Source: Chiloscyllium plagiosum (Eukaryota). Taken from it: a stretch of DNA of 64,000 nt. A program made the position numbers and the translations under genes. The stretch lies in contig NC_057718.1 of the NCBI RefSeq assembly GCF_004010195.1, forward strand, positions 61,618,136-61,682,135, written 5' to 3'. Positions 25,467 through 39,700 of this stretch are shown piece after piece. How positions within the stretch are numbered: the first letter of the stretch is position 1; every line of letters begins with the position of its first letter. Under the pieces are notes generated by a model, which did no database searches, was not told the DNA's origin, and saw nothing but the letters and a program-made list of their open reading frames with translations.

Positions 25467-28400
25467 GCATCATAATTAGTTGCCTCTGTTCAGTACTGTA
25501 ATGCTCTCTCCATCATAGTGTTCCAACTCTAACCCCTACAACTGAGTTCCCACCCTCCTTCCCACAGCAGTGGCCTCTGATAACCCTCCCTTAACTTTGA
25601 ACCAAAGGACTCCCAGGATTGACCATGGCCCAATCCCTTGAATGACTTAGCAAGGCAGCCCTGAGCAATGAGTGAACAGTCTATGGTTCCCTAAGTGTAT
25701 TCCTTTGACTCCCCGGACTGATTGCACTCAACTGACAAGGCCTTACTGTAACCCACTCCCTAGCGAGTGGGTCCTCATATCCTGACCCTGACTGTCCTGA
25801 CTATGCCCAAAATCCTGATAAGGGAGGCTGCACTGACAACTATGCCAACATCCCAACTGAAGCATGTTTCACTGTGGACTACCCTTCTTAGCTGTTGAGA
25901 CATGGCCACTTGGCTGGTGCACGCGCAATGAGTTGTTGTGGCTGGTGCCCATGGTGCAGGTGTAGGATTCATGTACCTCTGTACTGTACAGCAAAATGTC
26001 TGCCCTCTTAACTGACCACTATAGGCAAGCATAACCAGCTGCCTGACTTTGTGACTGCATTAAACAGCAAGAAAAGAGAGATGTACTGTGACCATTTAAG
26101 GTATGACTGAGGGGGCAAAGAACTAAAACGCAGGGCAAGACATGGTAAATGAAGGCAGGAGTGCTTGGATGCAAAGCAGGGAGGCTACCTACAGTACATA
26201 GACTGTAGTGGTTCAGGAAGGAAACTCCACCACCTTCACAAGGACAAGTAAGGATCATCAATTGATGATGGCCCAACCAGGGAAGCCCACATCCCTGGAA
26301 TGAATATTTTAAAAAGCCCTCTCAGTACTCAGGCACAAGAATCATGTCGCCAGTTATAGGACTTGGTTGGAAAATGGGACTTGTTACACCTCAAGTCAAG
26401 AATGGCTCCTCTCAACATCTCATGCAATTCTCGCAAATTTCTTGTCATGGTCCACATCAATCAGGAACTAGGAATATTCCACCCTTTTCATTCAAGTATC
26501 ATTGCAGAACCTATTGGCCAGATGGAGTGTCAGAATGTGGTTCAACAGACTGATGACTGATCTTCCACAGGGGCTAGGAAAAATAGTGTGTTAAGGTATG
26601 AAACAAATAAGCTAATGTGAACACAGGAACAATTCAGTAAGTGTGGCAGCAGCTGTGGTGAAAGCAGTGGAGTTATTGTTTCAGTTTGTGACCTTTCAGC
26701 AAATTGATGACCTAAAGTTTTAATTCAGTTGCATTTGCCACAGATCTGGTGAGTTTTCCCAGCATTTTTTTTTTGTTCTTCTTTTAGATTTCCAGCATCT
26801 ACATGTCGCTTTTGAAATAAACATGTTAATTCAATCTCCTGTTGGTCTTGTTGATTGTTCAGCATTGGTATGACATGTGTAATGGTGATTCTGCTCAGAA
26901 TCATTGGTTTCTCTCAATTCTACCATTTGCTGTTACAGTTCCATTCATGGAGAATATATGACACACATTTTCTATTCCCATGCGCAATACTTTACAATTT
27001 GACTTAACTAAATTAAATTTGCCATTGCACAGCCCACTCACAAATTTTGCCCATCCCCTTCTGCAATTTCTGGGCTCCCTCCTTATGTTTCACTTGTCCC
27101 TTTTCGATATCTACTGCAGATTTGACCAATTTGCAGTGTTGAAAACAGTCTATTCTATACTGCAGGGTTATGTCTACTGGGAAATTAATTGAAAATTCAT
27201 TTTAATTGTGGTTCTTCAAACTTTCTTCTCTTTTCAATTCACATTTTCTTCCCCAGAGATGAATGATACTGGTTATCTATCATCAGTAATTTTTATCCAG
27301 AATTATGACGTGACTGCAGATTGGTTTCAATATGTCCATGTACAACAGCTGTTGTCATAGAACTAGTCAAGTGTGTTTCTTATCTATTGCCTGTTCTTTC
27401 ATCTTTACTGTAAAGTGAGAGTAAATTTTAAGTTTGAATTAACATTTTTATTGAAATCTGTGGAAAAAAATTCCAGAAAAGGTTTTGCTGAGGAACGTGT
27501 GCAAGGTCATTAAAATAGAGAAATAATGGACACTAGATCAAAATTCAGCCAGCATAAACCACAAGATTTTACTGCAAAGGTTTAATTGAGGTGATTTTTT
27601 TTCTTATTCATATTTAGTCACATTATGGCACATCTCCAAACCTGGACACACATTTAGATGTGGTTCACATACCTTAACCTTAAGTAGAATGATTGTTCAT
27701 AGGTCATCACTTTCTATCTAATCATTTTCCTAAGCTTCCAATTTCATAGTGGCATGAACTGAGAATATTGATAGTAGATCTATTGATTCGTTTGGTTTTA
27801 AATATTGTGGACTTTCAGTGATATTACATATGATCTGCAAGGGTTGAATGGACTTCCAGATTTGAGAGTACAGCTCAGTGAAGAATAAAATAGGTTGGAA
27901 AATTGCATGATTGTAAAGACCTAGGACAAGAAAAGTCCCACTATTGGAAATGGTTAAATAGGCAATGATCCAGTGACTTAGCAGTCAGAGTTTTGGTTTC
28001 TCAGTTGCAAAATATTAGATGCAACTTTTCTTGTATCCATTCCTCCTCTTCCCTCAAATAAACTTGCTGCCTTTGTAAATAAGAACCACAGTCACCTTGT
28101 GCCCTAGATAGATCCTTACACCTTAGTTGAAGGATGCGAAGACAAAACTGCTCTGACCCTGATTCGCATGTGTGATAAACTTGTTTTGCAACATAAAAAC
28201 AAGGAACACCAGGGTCAACTCACATTTCTTTAACAAATCAAAACTGTGGTGTAATCCAAAAAGTTAGGTAAATTGAATAATTTATTGGAATTGAATCTAA
28301 GTATTGAAAATGCTATCTGGAGTAATTAAGAATTAACATGAGGTGGAGTGTGTGAATTTTAACCTCGCTTACCAAAATGATATCCACAAGATCAAATGGA

Positions 28401-28945
28401 ATTCTGATTTTACATCCAGGTCAATGTCACTCTCCACTGATGGAGATCCAAAACAAGCCTGGGGTAAAATCAGTGCTATTCTCAATCCTGTCATTTTCTT
28501 GCGCAGCAGGTTAGATTAAATCCCATAATCTTTAACACTATTGAAAGACTGTACGCCTACTCATTTAGATGTTTCATCAGGATATGTTGAGATAAAGAAA
28601 AATCACAAATATGCTTTATCTCAAATGTAGCTTTAATTTAAATCCAAGAAAAAATGAGTTTAACTGTAAACAAAAGTCTTACATCTATACAGTTCTTTTC
28701 ACCATGACCGAACATTTCCAAGTTCAGTATTTTTTGAACAGTAATTATTCTGTAATGAAGGATATATAGCAACTGGTAGGCACTCAGCAAACTCATAAAC
28801 AGTGCATTGATAATGACCAGAGAATGCGTTTATTGAAATACTGATTGAGGGGTAAATACTTTCCAGGACACCAAGGAAAACATTGCCATAGATCTGGTGC
28901 CAAGGGATCTTTTATATCTACAACAACAGTCGGTTCAATTTAACA

Positions 28946-29784
28946 GTACAGTGGTTCAGTGGTTAGCACTCCTGCCTCACAACGCCAGGGACCTAGGTTC
29001 AATTCCACCCTATGGTGACTGTCTGTGTTCTCTTTGTGTCTTGCGTTGGTTTCTTCCAGGTGCTCCAGTTTCCTCTCATAGTCTACAGGCCTAGGGAGTG
29101 TTGCTGAACAAAGAGACCTTGGAGTGCAGGTTCATAGCTCCTTGAAAGTGGNNNNNNNNNNNNNNNNNNNNNNNNNNNNNNNNNNNNNNNNNNNNNNNNN
29201 NNNNNNNNNNNNNNNGGGCTGTTTTCCCTGGAGCGTCGGAGGCTGAGGGGTGACCTTATAGAGGTTTACAAAATTATGACGGGCATGGATAGGGTAAATA
29301 AGCAAAGTCTTTTCCCTGGGGTCGGGGAGTCCGGAACTAGAGGGCATAGGTTTAGGGTGAGAAGGGAAAGATATAACAGAGTCCTAAGTGGCCACAGAGG
29401 GTGGTACGTGTATGGAATGAGCTGCTGGAGGAAGTAGTGGAGGCTGGTACAATTGTAACATTTAAGAGGCATTTGGATGGGTATATGAATAGGAAGGGTT
29501 TGGTGGGATATGGGCCGGGTGCTGGCAGGTGGGACTAGATTGGGTTGGGATATCTGGTCGGCATGGACGGGTTGGACCGAAGTGTCTGTTTCCATGCTGT
29601 ACATCTCTATGATGCTATGACTTTATGTGAAGGGTAGATGGATCAGACATGCTAAGTTGCTGATAGTGTCCAGGCTAAGTGGATTAGCCATGGGAAATTT
29701 AGGGTAGCAGGTAGGATTGTCTTCAGAGGGTCAATATGGACTTGATGGGCCAAATGGCTTGCTTCACCTGTAGGGATTCTGTGA
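28946..29784 (+). mobile_element. HE1-like SINE split by a CR1 insertion
   Basis: A box GTGGTTCAGTGG and B box GGTTCAATTCC. The body resumes at about 29626 and ends TGTAGGGATTCTGTGAT. Confidence 0.8.
29088..29625 (+). mobile_element. Relatively young CR1 3' fragment (gap at 29152-29215)
   Basis: EQRDLGVQVHSSLKV and LFSLERRRLRGDLIEVYKIM, followed by the CR1 3' UTR and terminal repeats. Confidence 0.9.
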
Positions 29785-30139
29785 TCTCATCTGAAAGGTG
29801 GCTCCTCAGACAGAGCAGTCCTCCACTGAACGGTCAATCTTGGCTTTAGTGTTCAAACCCTGGAAGAACAAAACTGCAATGGAATTATTTGCAACAAGTA
29901 TATAAAAATAGAAAAAAAACTAAATTAATTCCAAAATTGTATTTGGTCAATTGTCAGATATTATTGGCCTTAGTGGTTCTCATTTCAATTCTATGATAAT
30001 TTGAGATTAGACTCTTATTTAAGGCAGGGAAAAGTATCTGAAATAAAAACAAAAAGTGCTGGAAAAACTCAGCAGGTCTGGCAGCATGAGTGGACAGAGA
30101 AACAGAGTTAATTCTTCCAGTTTGATATGAGCCAGTTCA

Positions 30140-30942
30140 GGATTGAGATGGAGTGCTCAGTGACATGGTGTAAAGACAACAATCTCTCCCTCAAAGTCAG
30201 CAAAATGAAGAAGCTGGTCATTGACTTGAGGAACCAGACCCCCGAGGGCACACTCTTCTCTGTATCAATGGTGCTAAGATGAAGATGCTCAAGAGCTTTA
30301 AATTTGTAGGAGTAAAGATCATCAACAATCTGTCCTGGTCAATCCACGTTGACCCTAAAGTTAAGAAAACACACCAATGCCTCTACTTTCTCAGAAGCGT
30401 AAGGAAATTCGGCATGTCCATAATGACTCTTACCAATTTTTATGGATGCACTATAGAAAGCGTCCTAGCCAGAAATGTCACAGCTTGGTATGCAACTGCT
30501 CTGTTCAACACCAAAAGAAATTACAGAGAGTGTGAACACAGCCCCGTCACCTCGCAAATCAGCCTTCCTTCCATTGACTCCATTTATACTTCCTTCTGCC
30601 TTGTGAACGCAGCCAACATAATCAAAGACCTCTCCCACCTTTGTTACACTTTCTTCCACTCTCTTCCATCAGACAGAAGATTGAAAAGTTTAAAAACACA
30701 TACCAACAGATTCAAGAACTGCTTCTTCCTTGCTGTTATCAGACTTTTGAATAGACCTCCCACATACTAAAGTTGATTTTTCTCTGCACCTTCTCTGTAG
30801 CTGTGACACTATATTCTATATTCTGCATTTATATTACCCTATTGCACTTATGTATGATATAATTTGCCTGGATAGCATGCAAAACAATACTTTTCACTGT
30901 ATCTCAATATATGTGATAATAATAAAGTAAAATCAATCAAAT
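30140..30942 (+). mobile_element. Rex1/Babar-type LINE 3' fragment inserted in a fold-back pLTR element
   Basis: WCKDNNLSLKVSKMKKLVID, SFKFVGVKIINNLSW, LTNFYGCTIESVL and TNRFKNCFFLAVIRLLN, with a 3' AATAAA and short-repeat tail. Host arms at about 30037-30139 and 30950-31068. Confidence 0.85.
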
Positions 30943-32889
30943 TATTCAAAATGAAGAAAAGACATATCAGACTCAAAATATCAACCTTGTTTCTCCCTCC
31001 ATGCTGAGTTTCTCCAACACTTCTCGTTAGTTATTTAGATTTCCATCATCCGCAGTATTTTGTTTTTATAGATAGATATCTGGATATCGGACTGACAATT
31101 CCATGGATAGGTATTGTCCAGATGACTAAGATCTTAGGGTGAAGTACCACTGATAGAGCATGGGCACAGCATTAGGTGTTAAAGAAAATGTGTTCTTCCC
31201 CTTCCTCACTCATTTACTCTTTTACATAAACAAAAGGTTTATGTTTTAATTCTCCCCTTCTTTATTAGCTGTAGCAAGACATCACAATGGTAAGGTGTTT
31301 CATGGAAAAACAAAGAACAAGCAAAGAGATTAACAGTCAACAGGTTAGAGTTGGGAAGGCATATTGCAATATCATAAATACAAACCTGTGATAGGTGCTG
31401 GGAGAAAACATGTGTTTGTCTTTAATTTGATTTTAGGGAAAATGCACAAATGAAACTTGTAATGGTAACATTTTTCAAAAATGGTTATGTTCATATATTT
31501 ACTGTGGTGATCAGGAATTGATTATCAAACTCCAGCAGCAACTACTTTTGTTGGGGTAGATGTAAACATAGAAACACAGTGGGAAATTTTAACATGGGTG
31601 TGAGCGTGAGGATGGGAATAGAGAGGTTTAATCATGAATAATTTCTGATTGCCTCAGGAATCAACACAGCAACTTCCAGATTTAATGGAGGCAGGCAGTC
31701 CATTCCCAAGAACTGGGCTGGCATTTTAAATGTGCTAATGGGAGTGACATCCTCTGATTTAATCTGTTTTGCTGGTTTTAGTCTGGGAAGATGGGCTTCT
31801 CAGTCATCAATAAACCTGGCAGCAAAAGTAAGTGGAGGACAACATTTGAGCAACAGCTGATGCCTTTGCAACCATAACATGTAAGCCAAGAGAAGCAGAA
31901 GTACTTCTGTGCCAGGACCGGAAACAGCCACTCCCAATCCGCCCTCACTCCTATTCAGCAGCAAAAACCCATAAGTCGGGGATAGAGACCTCTTGCCCAA
32001 CATGGGTTTGGCCTTTCTTATAGGAGAAACTGAATCTCTCAAAACAAGTCCTATCAGGATCAACAGCCTCTCCCTTTCCATAACCACACCCTCCCCACAC
32101 TCCACTAAATGCCCTCAGGGATTATATATCTTGGTTAACTGGTCCTGTGGGCTGCTGTGGCATGATCTCTGCTCCAAAAAAAGCCAAATCCCTCAATAAT
32201 GCTGACTTCCGGGCACAGGACCTGTCAACGTCAAAGTACTGTGGAGTTAAACTCACTGCTATGCCGTGAAAGACAAATCTGCAGATTTCCTGCCTGAAAC
32301 TTAGTTTCTACCTCCCTGTACTGTATATCTAATGTGTCCTGGTAAAAGGCCACTATGAGTGCCTTCATATTGAAATGAGAATTGTCTTGCATTAAATGAT
32401 ATATGACAGAGTCAATGCAAAGCTTCTCAGAGCCAGTTGGAATCTATAATTCCAATTAATGTTGTGTTCCACTTTAACAAAAAATGCACTGGGTGCTCTT
32501 AAAGTCATGTTAATACATATACATATACATAATGTTAGAACAGATGCCCGAGGTAAGCTTATTAACTACACACTCACCCACACATCTAGCCACCCACATC
32601 TAATACCTGAAATCTGCTTTCCCTGTCACACATGTTCTGACTTTCTGTTTCTAAGTATAGTTTTTGCTTAGTGAGAGGATCAGTTTTTTTTTACAAAAGG
32701 GTCTGTTTAGAAGATGTAAAGTGCCCAGTAACTGATTAATGCAAAAATCCACTAAAACTATAAGCTACAATATTTGGGTTTCCAGCTTCTTTAACTATAG
32801 CTTTCAGCTTCTGAAATCAAACTGGATTCATTGGCTTAAAATATTATAGCCTGAAGAACTTGGCCTGGTGCACAACAATAAGATGTTAT

Positions 32890-33750
32890 TTTATCCCAGA
32901 GTGTTAAGAAAAGCTAGTGATGAGATGTGTGAGTCACTAACAATCATCCTGAAGGAGTTACTGGACCCTGGACCAATAAACTGAAGACTGGCTAATGTAA
33001 TACCCAGGGTTAAAAAGGGTGACCTGATGGATGTTGTTAAGGTTGGTCCTGTCTGATTGAGCTACTTAACTGTTTTGAGAATGTGTCAATCCCTATTGAC
33101 TCGGATAAACCCCACCAGGTTTTCCAAAATGTATTTGATAATGTTCCACATACAGCATGACTAATTACACTCAAAACTGAAGGTAACATTTACACCTGAA
33201 TTAGTAATGACTGGCAGAAAACAATGGGTACTAGTTACAAGTATAATATCAGCATAAGGAAAAGTACTCAATGGGATACATTAGCACTCAATGTGAGACA
33301 ATTGACACTGCTAATTTAACTTCTTGGTGTGGATTCTGAAACTCATTTGCAAATTAGTCAAATTTGAAGGTGATGCCAATATCAGGAAGCCAATGGAATT
33401 GAAATTCCAGAACAAATTAAAATATGTGAGTGAAGCAAACATGAAAGACAAAATTGAATACAAACAAATAGAAACCATTGGGCATTTGGAGGAGGATTGA
33501 ACTAAAGCATTATCCATGGATGTTGAAATAAATGAGAATGAATTTGAAAGAGACCAAAAGGTTGAAGCAGACTTCGTGCTCAAGTATTCCACAGATTCAC
33601 AGCAAATTCCCTGGAGGGATCATAAATCTGACCCCTGATGCCAGGACCTGTGTTATATGAGAAGACAGGAGAAATTTGAACTTTTCATACTGGGAAGGAA
33701 TGATCTAAGGGATGATATGACACAGATGTACAGTACAAGGTAGTAAATGA
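32890..33750 (+). mobile_element. Highly decayed CR1 RT remnant
   Basis: LANVIPRVKKGD, FPKCI*/DNVPH and LELFILGRNDLRDDM-like remnants. Confidence 0.5.
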
Positions 33751-34754
33751 CATTGTTCTAGACAGTGTACCAATTTGTTTTCTGATCCCATTCCTCTACT
33801 GGTTATAAATAAAAGGCTGAGTGACAAAAGGGAGGCGATGTTGCCAATTGTAAACATAAATATATAATATATATATCAGGCTGTATAGAACTTAGCACAT
33901 TCAGAAACAAATCATACAGGTTCCTTCAGTAACAAATAAAGAACTTACTCAATCTCCTGCAAAGATGATTAACAAAGCTTGACGTGCAAAAATATCCAAC
34001 CAGTCTTCTAAACAACAAATCATGTCAATATGCACACAACCACCAAGTCTGGGGAAAATAATACAAAAACTCTGCAATTGTTATTGATAAGTTCTTCGGC
34101 TAAGTAACAGTTAAATCCAAGAAAATGAATTATTTACAGTATGTCCAAATGTTGGTCTGTAGCCAATGTTACTTTGTTCATGAGCTATCAACACTGCAAA
34201 GTCTTCCTGGATCAGTTGTAGCTGGCTGGAGTTACTTTTCTAGAGATAGTGGTGTGAGTTTCAAATTCTCCTGTATGTATCCTTCACTTGCAGTGATGAG
34301 GCCTTCCGTCAGTTTTCAACATAAATACTTTGGTGAGTTGGGGTTCAGAGAAAAATAAAAGAGATGAGAGAAATGTACCAAATGCTGTTGCTCCAGGCAG
34401 GTTATCTTTCTGACTGTTCCAATCCAGTAGCTTTATTATACCTGTAAACAGGGCCATGTGACTTTGTTCTGAAATAGCTCCAGGCAAACAACTGGTGTTA
34501 TTTGGAAATACAACATTTTTCTTTGCTTCAGTCAGTCTGCTTTGCTTTGCAAATGACTTTTTCTAATAAGTCTAAGATGTTCCGTCAATGATATTCCAAA
34601 TTAATACTTCAGACAACACATGTGCATAGCAGTTTAAAAAAGATTTATTTTAACGTTTATTTAGTTTAAATATTGGGAATCGGTTAAGGGCCATCGGTTC
34701 AAACAATAAAAAGTAATTTATGAGCTAATAACAAAAAGTTCTTCACACAGTGAG

Positions 34755-35440
34755 AAGGTGTCGGTGAGCTGCTTTCTTGAACCACTGCAGTCCATTCGCT
34801 TTCGGGAGAACCACAATGCTGTGAGGGAGGGAGTTTCAACATTTTGACCCAGCAACACTGACCAAAAGCTGATACATTTCCAAATCAGAATGGTGAGTGG
34901 TTTTGAGGGGAATTTGCAGGTGGTGGTGTTCCATGTATCTGCTGCCTTTGACCTTCTGAATGGTAATGGCCATGGGTTTGAAAGATGCTCAGGACATTTT
35001 GCTGAATTTCTACAGTGCATTTTGTAAGTGGTACACTCTTTTGATATTGAGCATCAATGGTGGAGGGAATGAACATTTGTGGATGTGATGCTAATCAAGT
35101 GGGTTACTTGTCCTGGATGGTGTCAAACTATTTGAGTGTTGTTGGAGCTACACTTATCCAGGCATGTAGGATCATTCCATCACACTCCTGACTTATGCGT
35201 TATAGATGGTGGACAGACTTCGGAGAGTCAGGAGATGAGTTACTCACTGCAGGATTCCTAATCCCTAATCTGCTGTTGTGGTCACTGTAATTATATGGTG
35301 AGTCCAGTTCAATTTCTTATCAATGGTAATCCCCAGCATGTTGATAGTGAGGGATTCAGCAACAGTAATGCTAATGAATATCATGGGGCAATTGTTAGAT
35401 GCATGTTAAATAATGATGGGCATTACCCGGCATTTGACTG
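34755..35440 (-). mobile_element. CR1/L2-group LINE 3' end
   Basis: RRSKAADTWNTTTCKFPSKPLTILIWKCI in ORF 34718-35020; homologous to 11775-12225. Confidence 0.75.
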
Positions 35441-35589
35441 TTGCTTTTGTCTTGTCAGCCCAATAAAGGGATACAAATTGTGTGAGGTAAAAATCTGGTA
35501 AAGATAAATAATAAATGTAATTAAGGGAATACTAAACTAGAATATATATGGTAGAAGGGACATAAAATAGATGGATTTTTAGCAAGATG

Positions 35590-37800
35590 TTGGAATAGTT
35601 GAAATCTATGGCTTGTAATTTCTGAACTATGTGTGAACTTGGAATCTCTTCATGTACTTTGGATAACATGTGCAGGAATTGCGTCCAGCTTCAAGACAAC
35701 ATGACATTTCTGCAGGGCATACAGGAGGTTAAACTTTTCCAAGATTTCACATTTCTGGTCACTCCACAGCCAGAGTTCAAAAGGTTAGTAAGCAGTAACA
35801 TGACGACAGATCAGAACTCCAAAATAGTGTGGACATTTGTTATTTGTAATTCCAAGATGTGGTTTTTGAAAGAGATCTGATCTGGCAAAAAATGGCTGCA
35901 CGTATAAATTATGTGGTTATCTGGAGAGAGAGATCCATGGATTGTCACACCTATAGATGCAAAAGGTATTCAAACTACAGTCATTTAAAGAGGGAGGATG
36001 AGGTAAGTCAAAACAGACTTTACAGTGATCTCTTGTGACTACAAAGCTAATGAAGGGCTGACAATGCCCTGCTCAACAGAAAACTGCCCCCTGAGGATTA
36101 TGTCCCAAATATTAGCACGGGTGTCACAGAGTTGCATAGAAAGGTAGATGTCACAGGGGTTTTGCTATTCAGGATGGCAGACAATTGCTTCAGCTGTCAT
36201 TAACATGACTCCTATATAATGAGTTATTTTGACAGTACCAGAGTCAAGGGCAGCATTTCTAACCGGTATAACATTCAGCAAAAAGGTTAGACTCCATATT
36301 GAAATCAGTGGCTTGGGCAAGGAGAGAGTTGAGGTCCAACAAACAGTATTTCGGGACCCTGGGGACAAAGTTAAAAGAGCAGGATCTCAAAAATGGCAAT
36401 CTTGTAATTATCCCCAGTAGCAAGTTATAATACATTGCACACGTTGTCTCCAATACGGGGAATACTGTAAATATTTCAATGAAACACAATATGGTAGACA
36501 ATTAATTAGACATTAGACAAAATAAAAACAAAGCAGAGGTTGGTATCTCTCAGCCAGTCATGGACTTGGTTGGAATGTATTCTAGTTTGTTGAGGGAAGT
36601 AAATACAATAATGTGGAAACTCTGACCACAAGCTTTTGAATCCTCTACAAAGACGGGAGGGCAAGCGAATTGCAAATGCACACCACTGCTCAAAAAGAGA
36701 GAGAGGTATCAACCCTAAAATTGTTGGTCAATCAGCCTCATAGTCAATGATGGGAAGCATTTCAAGAGACGTATAGGGAGAAAATGGAGCAAATGCAAAT
36801 GTTTGAGTTCATAAAGTTAAAGGTAGCAGCACAAATCATTTGACCAACTTGGATGAGTTGGTGGTGAAATAAAAGGCAGGGTTGTTGAGGATAATGTAAA
36901 TGAATTTTGTGGATGTCATCCATCAAATGGTGAACCAAAATTGAATCCCTTCAGATTACAGTAGTAATAGCACCACTGATATAAAATTGACAAGGGACGC
37001 AAAGGAGAGCACCATGAGTGATCTAAGGTTGGTTTTCAGGCTGGATTGACATGTGCAGTGGCATCCCCTAGGGATCAGCGCTTGGACCAATGTACCTTCT
37101 AAACCACACAGTTGTACATTTGTGTGGCAATGCACAAGACCCCATGCAGATCATGCATAAGTCAGACCCTATAAATGACCATGTGTACACTACAACATAA
37201 AAATGTAAAAGGGTTATTGTAAGAAATTGCCTGCACATTCCAAAAATATTAAAGGGAACAGTGGCATGTAAAGTATTTTCTATTTTTAGTTTGAACCTTT
37301 AAAAAACACTGGTTTGGCCCCAGCAGGATTATTGCGGCTAATTTGGAAGAATGCCATGGTTTTTGAGAGTTTTACTAGAATAGGACCAAACGTTATGTGA
37401 AGCGACTAAGTAAATAGAATTTATTCGCCTTACAGCAGAAAAGATTAAAGGAGATTTGCAACAAGTATTCAAATCATGAAGGGTCTTGATAGCAAGTTAA
37501 GGAGAAACTGTTTCCAATGGCTGAAAGGTCAGGCAACAAAAGTCATCAATATAAGGTAAGTGACAAAAGAATTGGAGGTAACATGATTAAAACAAAATTA
37601 CACAGCAGGTTGGTATGATCTGGAATAGATTATTGGAAAGGCTAATGGAAGCACTTTCAATAATAATTACTAAAAGGCAATTGGATAAATACTAGAAAGG
37701 GAGTTATTTATATATTTGAGCTATCATGAAGAGCAAGGGGAGTGGAGCTAATTAGATAGATCAACCAGCATGACAGGCTTCTTACTGTACTATCATATTC
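35590..37800 (+). mobile_element. Long, heavily decayed CR1 (ORF1 remnant through 3' UTR)
   Basis: C..C ORF1 Zn-finger remnant (MCRNCVQLQD), endonuclease remnant (SGWQTIA..INMTPI), SGIP*GSALGP and LQQKRLKEI, followed by a CR1 3' UTR. Confidence 0.5.
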
Positions 37801-37852
37801 CACGATTCAAGCCTTATACAAGGTACAACCTGGTAAATCTGGACAATCTTCT

Positions 37853-37989
37853 AGGAGAAAGTGAGGGCTGCAGATGCTGGAGATCAGAGCTGAAAATGTG
37901 TTGCTGGAAAAACGCAGCAGGTCAGGCAGCATCCAAGGAGCAGGAGAATCGACGTTTCGGGCATGAGCCCTTCTTCAGGGCTCATGCCC
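37853..37989 (-). mobile_element. Solo PLE pLTR tail with intact hammerhead core and a micro-inversion
   Basis: Reverse complement of 37949-37979 is c-CTGAAGA-agggctcatgccc-GAAACGTC-ga. Positions 37977-37989 are an inverted copy of stem II. Confidence 0.85.
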
Positions 37990-38044
37990 TGAACAATCTG
38001 GGCAATATGTGACTAGTTGGTGTTTGTGTACCCTGATGGCTAGT

Positions 38045-38522
38045 GTTCTACCATGTAAAGACTGCCAGAAACATTACATAGGGCAAACTGGAAGAAAACT
38101 AGCCATCAGGGTACGTGAACGCCAACTAGCCACCAAGAGACATGATCAACTGTCACTTGCATCCGCACACATGGACAAATGAGGACATCAATTTGACTGG
38201 GACAATTTATCCATCCTAGGACAAGCCAAACAAAGACATGCACAGGAATTACTGGAAGCCTGGCGCTCAAACCAGAACTCCATTAACAAACATATAGAAT
38301 TAGATCCTATATACCAAAAACTAAGAAACAAAAACAGGAATGATACCACACACCTCGGGTACACATAAATAGCAAGCGGGACAGAACACCAACGCTTCAC
38401 CAGAGGCACACTGCCGATGTTACATAGCATGGTGACAAACTGTCTGCAAACAAACTTGCCAGCTGAGTGAGCAAACCGGCAATCTGATCCACAACCTGAA
38501 CTACAAATCTTCTCAAGAACTT
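38045..38522 (+). mobile_element. Poseidon-like PLE 3' fragment (GIY-YIG) with degenerate hammerhead
   Basis: PCKDCQKHYIGQTGRKLAIRVRE..FDWDNLSILGQAKQRHAQELLEAW..SINKHIELDPIY, then CTGCCGA-tgttacatagcatggtgac-AAACTGTC near 38411. Confidence 0.85.
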
Positions 38523-38777
38523 CAAAGAGTGAGAAATGTCAGAGGGTTCTGACTTGCTAACCTTAATAATGAACCGGGAAAAGTTAGTTACATTGAATTC
38601 ACCTCTACCTGGTGGCTAAATATAAAACAGAATCCAGAGTGACTCACACTGACCCTCTTAACTATTCAACCCCTCCCAACCAAGACCTGAATCCTCAAAC
38701 GTACCTGACCCAAACCCACTTGGAATTGTCCTAAGCCTGCTAAAATCATCTAACCCCAGCTATTCACAATATCTTGT

Positions 38778-39700
38778 AATAATTTAGATAGGGGGACTAA
38801 ATGGAATATTTCAATATTTGCAGAGGACGTAAAACAGGGTGGAAGGGTCGAGCTATGGAAAGGATGTAGAGATGTTGCAGTGTGATTTGGACAGGCTAAG
38901 TGAGTGGGTAAGTGTATGGTGGATGCAGTATCATTTGGATAATTGTGAGGTTATCTATTTTGGTAGCAATAATACAAAGGTAGATTATTCTTTGAATGGC
39001 TGTAAAATGAGAAAGGGGAATGTTCAACAAGACCTGGATGTCCCATGCAGCAGCTGCTGAAAATAAGTGTGCAGGTACAGCAGGCCTTAAAGAAGGCAAG
39101 CTGTATGTAGGCCTTCACAGCAAGAGGATTAGAGTGCAGGAACAAGGGTATCTTGCTGCAATTTCACTGGGCATTGATGAAGCTACACCTGGAATATTGT
39201 GTGCTGTTTTGGTCTTCTTTTCTGAGGAAGGTCATTCTTTTGAGAGAGAGAGTGCAACAAAGGTTTACTGAATTGATCCCTGGGATGGCAGGAACGATGT
39301 ATGAGGAGAAATTGAATCAGTTATGAATGAATTCACTGGAGTCTACAAGAATGATGGGGGGATCTTACAGAAAGCTATAAAATTTTATCAGAGCTAGACA
39401 GATTAGATGCTCAATATTGGGGGAATCCAGAATCAAGGATCACAGTTTAAGCTGAGGAGCAATGTCTTCATTCAAAGGGTGGTCAGCCTTTGGAATTGAC
39501 TTCCACAGAAAGTGGTTAAGGCCAAAATGTTATGTTTTCAGGAAGGACATTGATCTAGCTTTTGTAGTGAAAGGGATCAAGGGATCTGGGGACCAGCAGG
39601 ATTAAGGCATTGAGCTCAATGATCAGCCATGATCATCTGAAATGTCAGAGAAGGCTCCATGTGTTGACTGGCATATTTTTGCTCCTATCTTCTATGTTTG
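38778..39700 (+). mobile_element. CR1 RT C-terminus and 3' UTR
   Basis: FAEDVK, MLQCDLDRLSEWVSVWWMQYHLDNCEVIYFG and HLEYCVLFW. Confidence 0.85.

Larger units (their letters stand above)
28678..29862 (-). mobile_element. Deu-domain SINE hosting nested HE1 and CR1 insertions
   Basis: Reverse-complement Deu core at 28678-28944 resumes after the SINE at about 29784 (ATCTCATCTGAAAGGTGG..). Confidence 0.55.

Noticed and set aside
30279..30770. 163 aa ORF as a host gene
   Set aside because: It is the C-terminus of a Rex1-type LINE ORF, frameshifted and followed by a LINE 3' tail.
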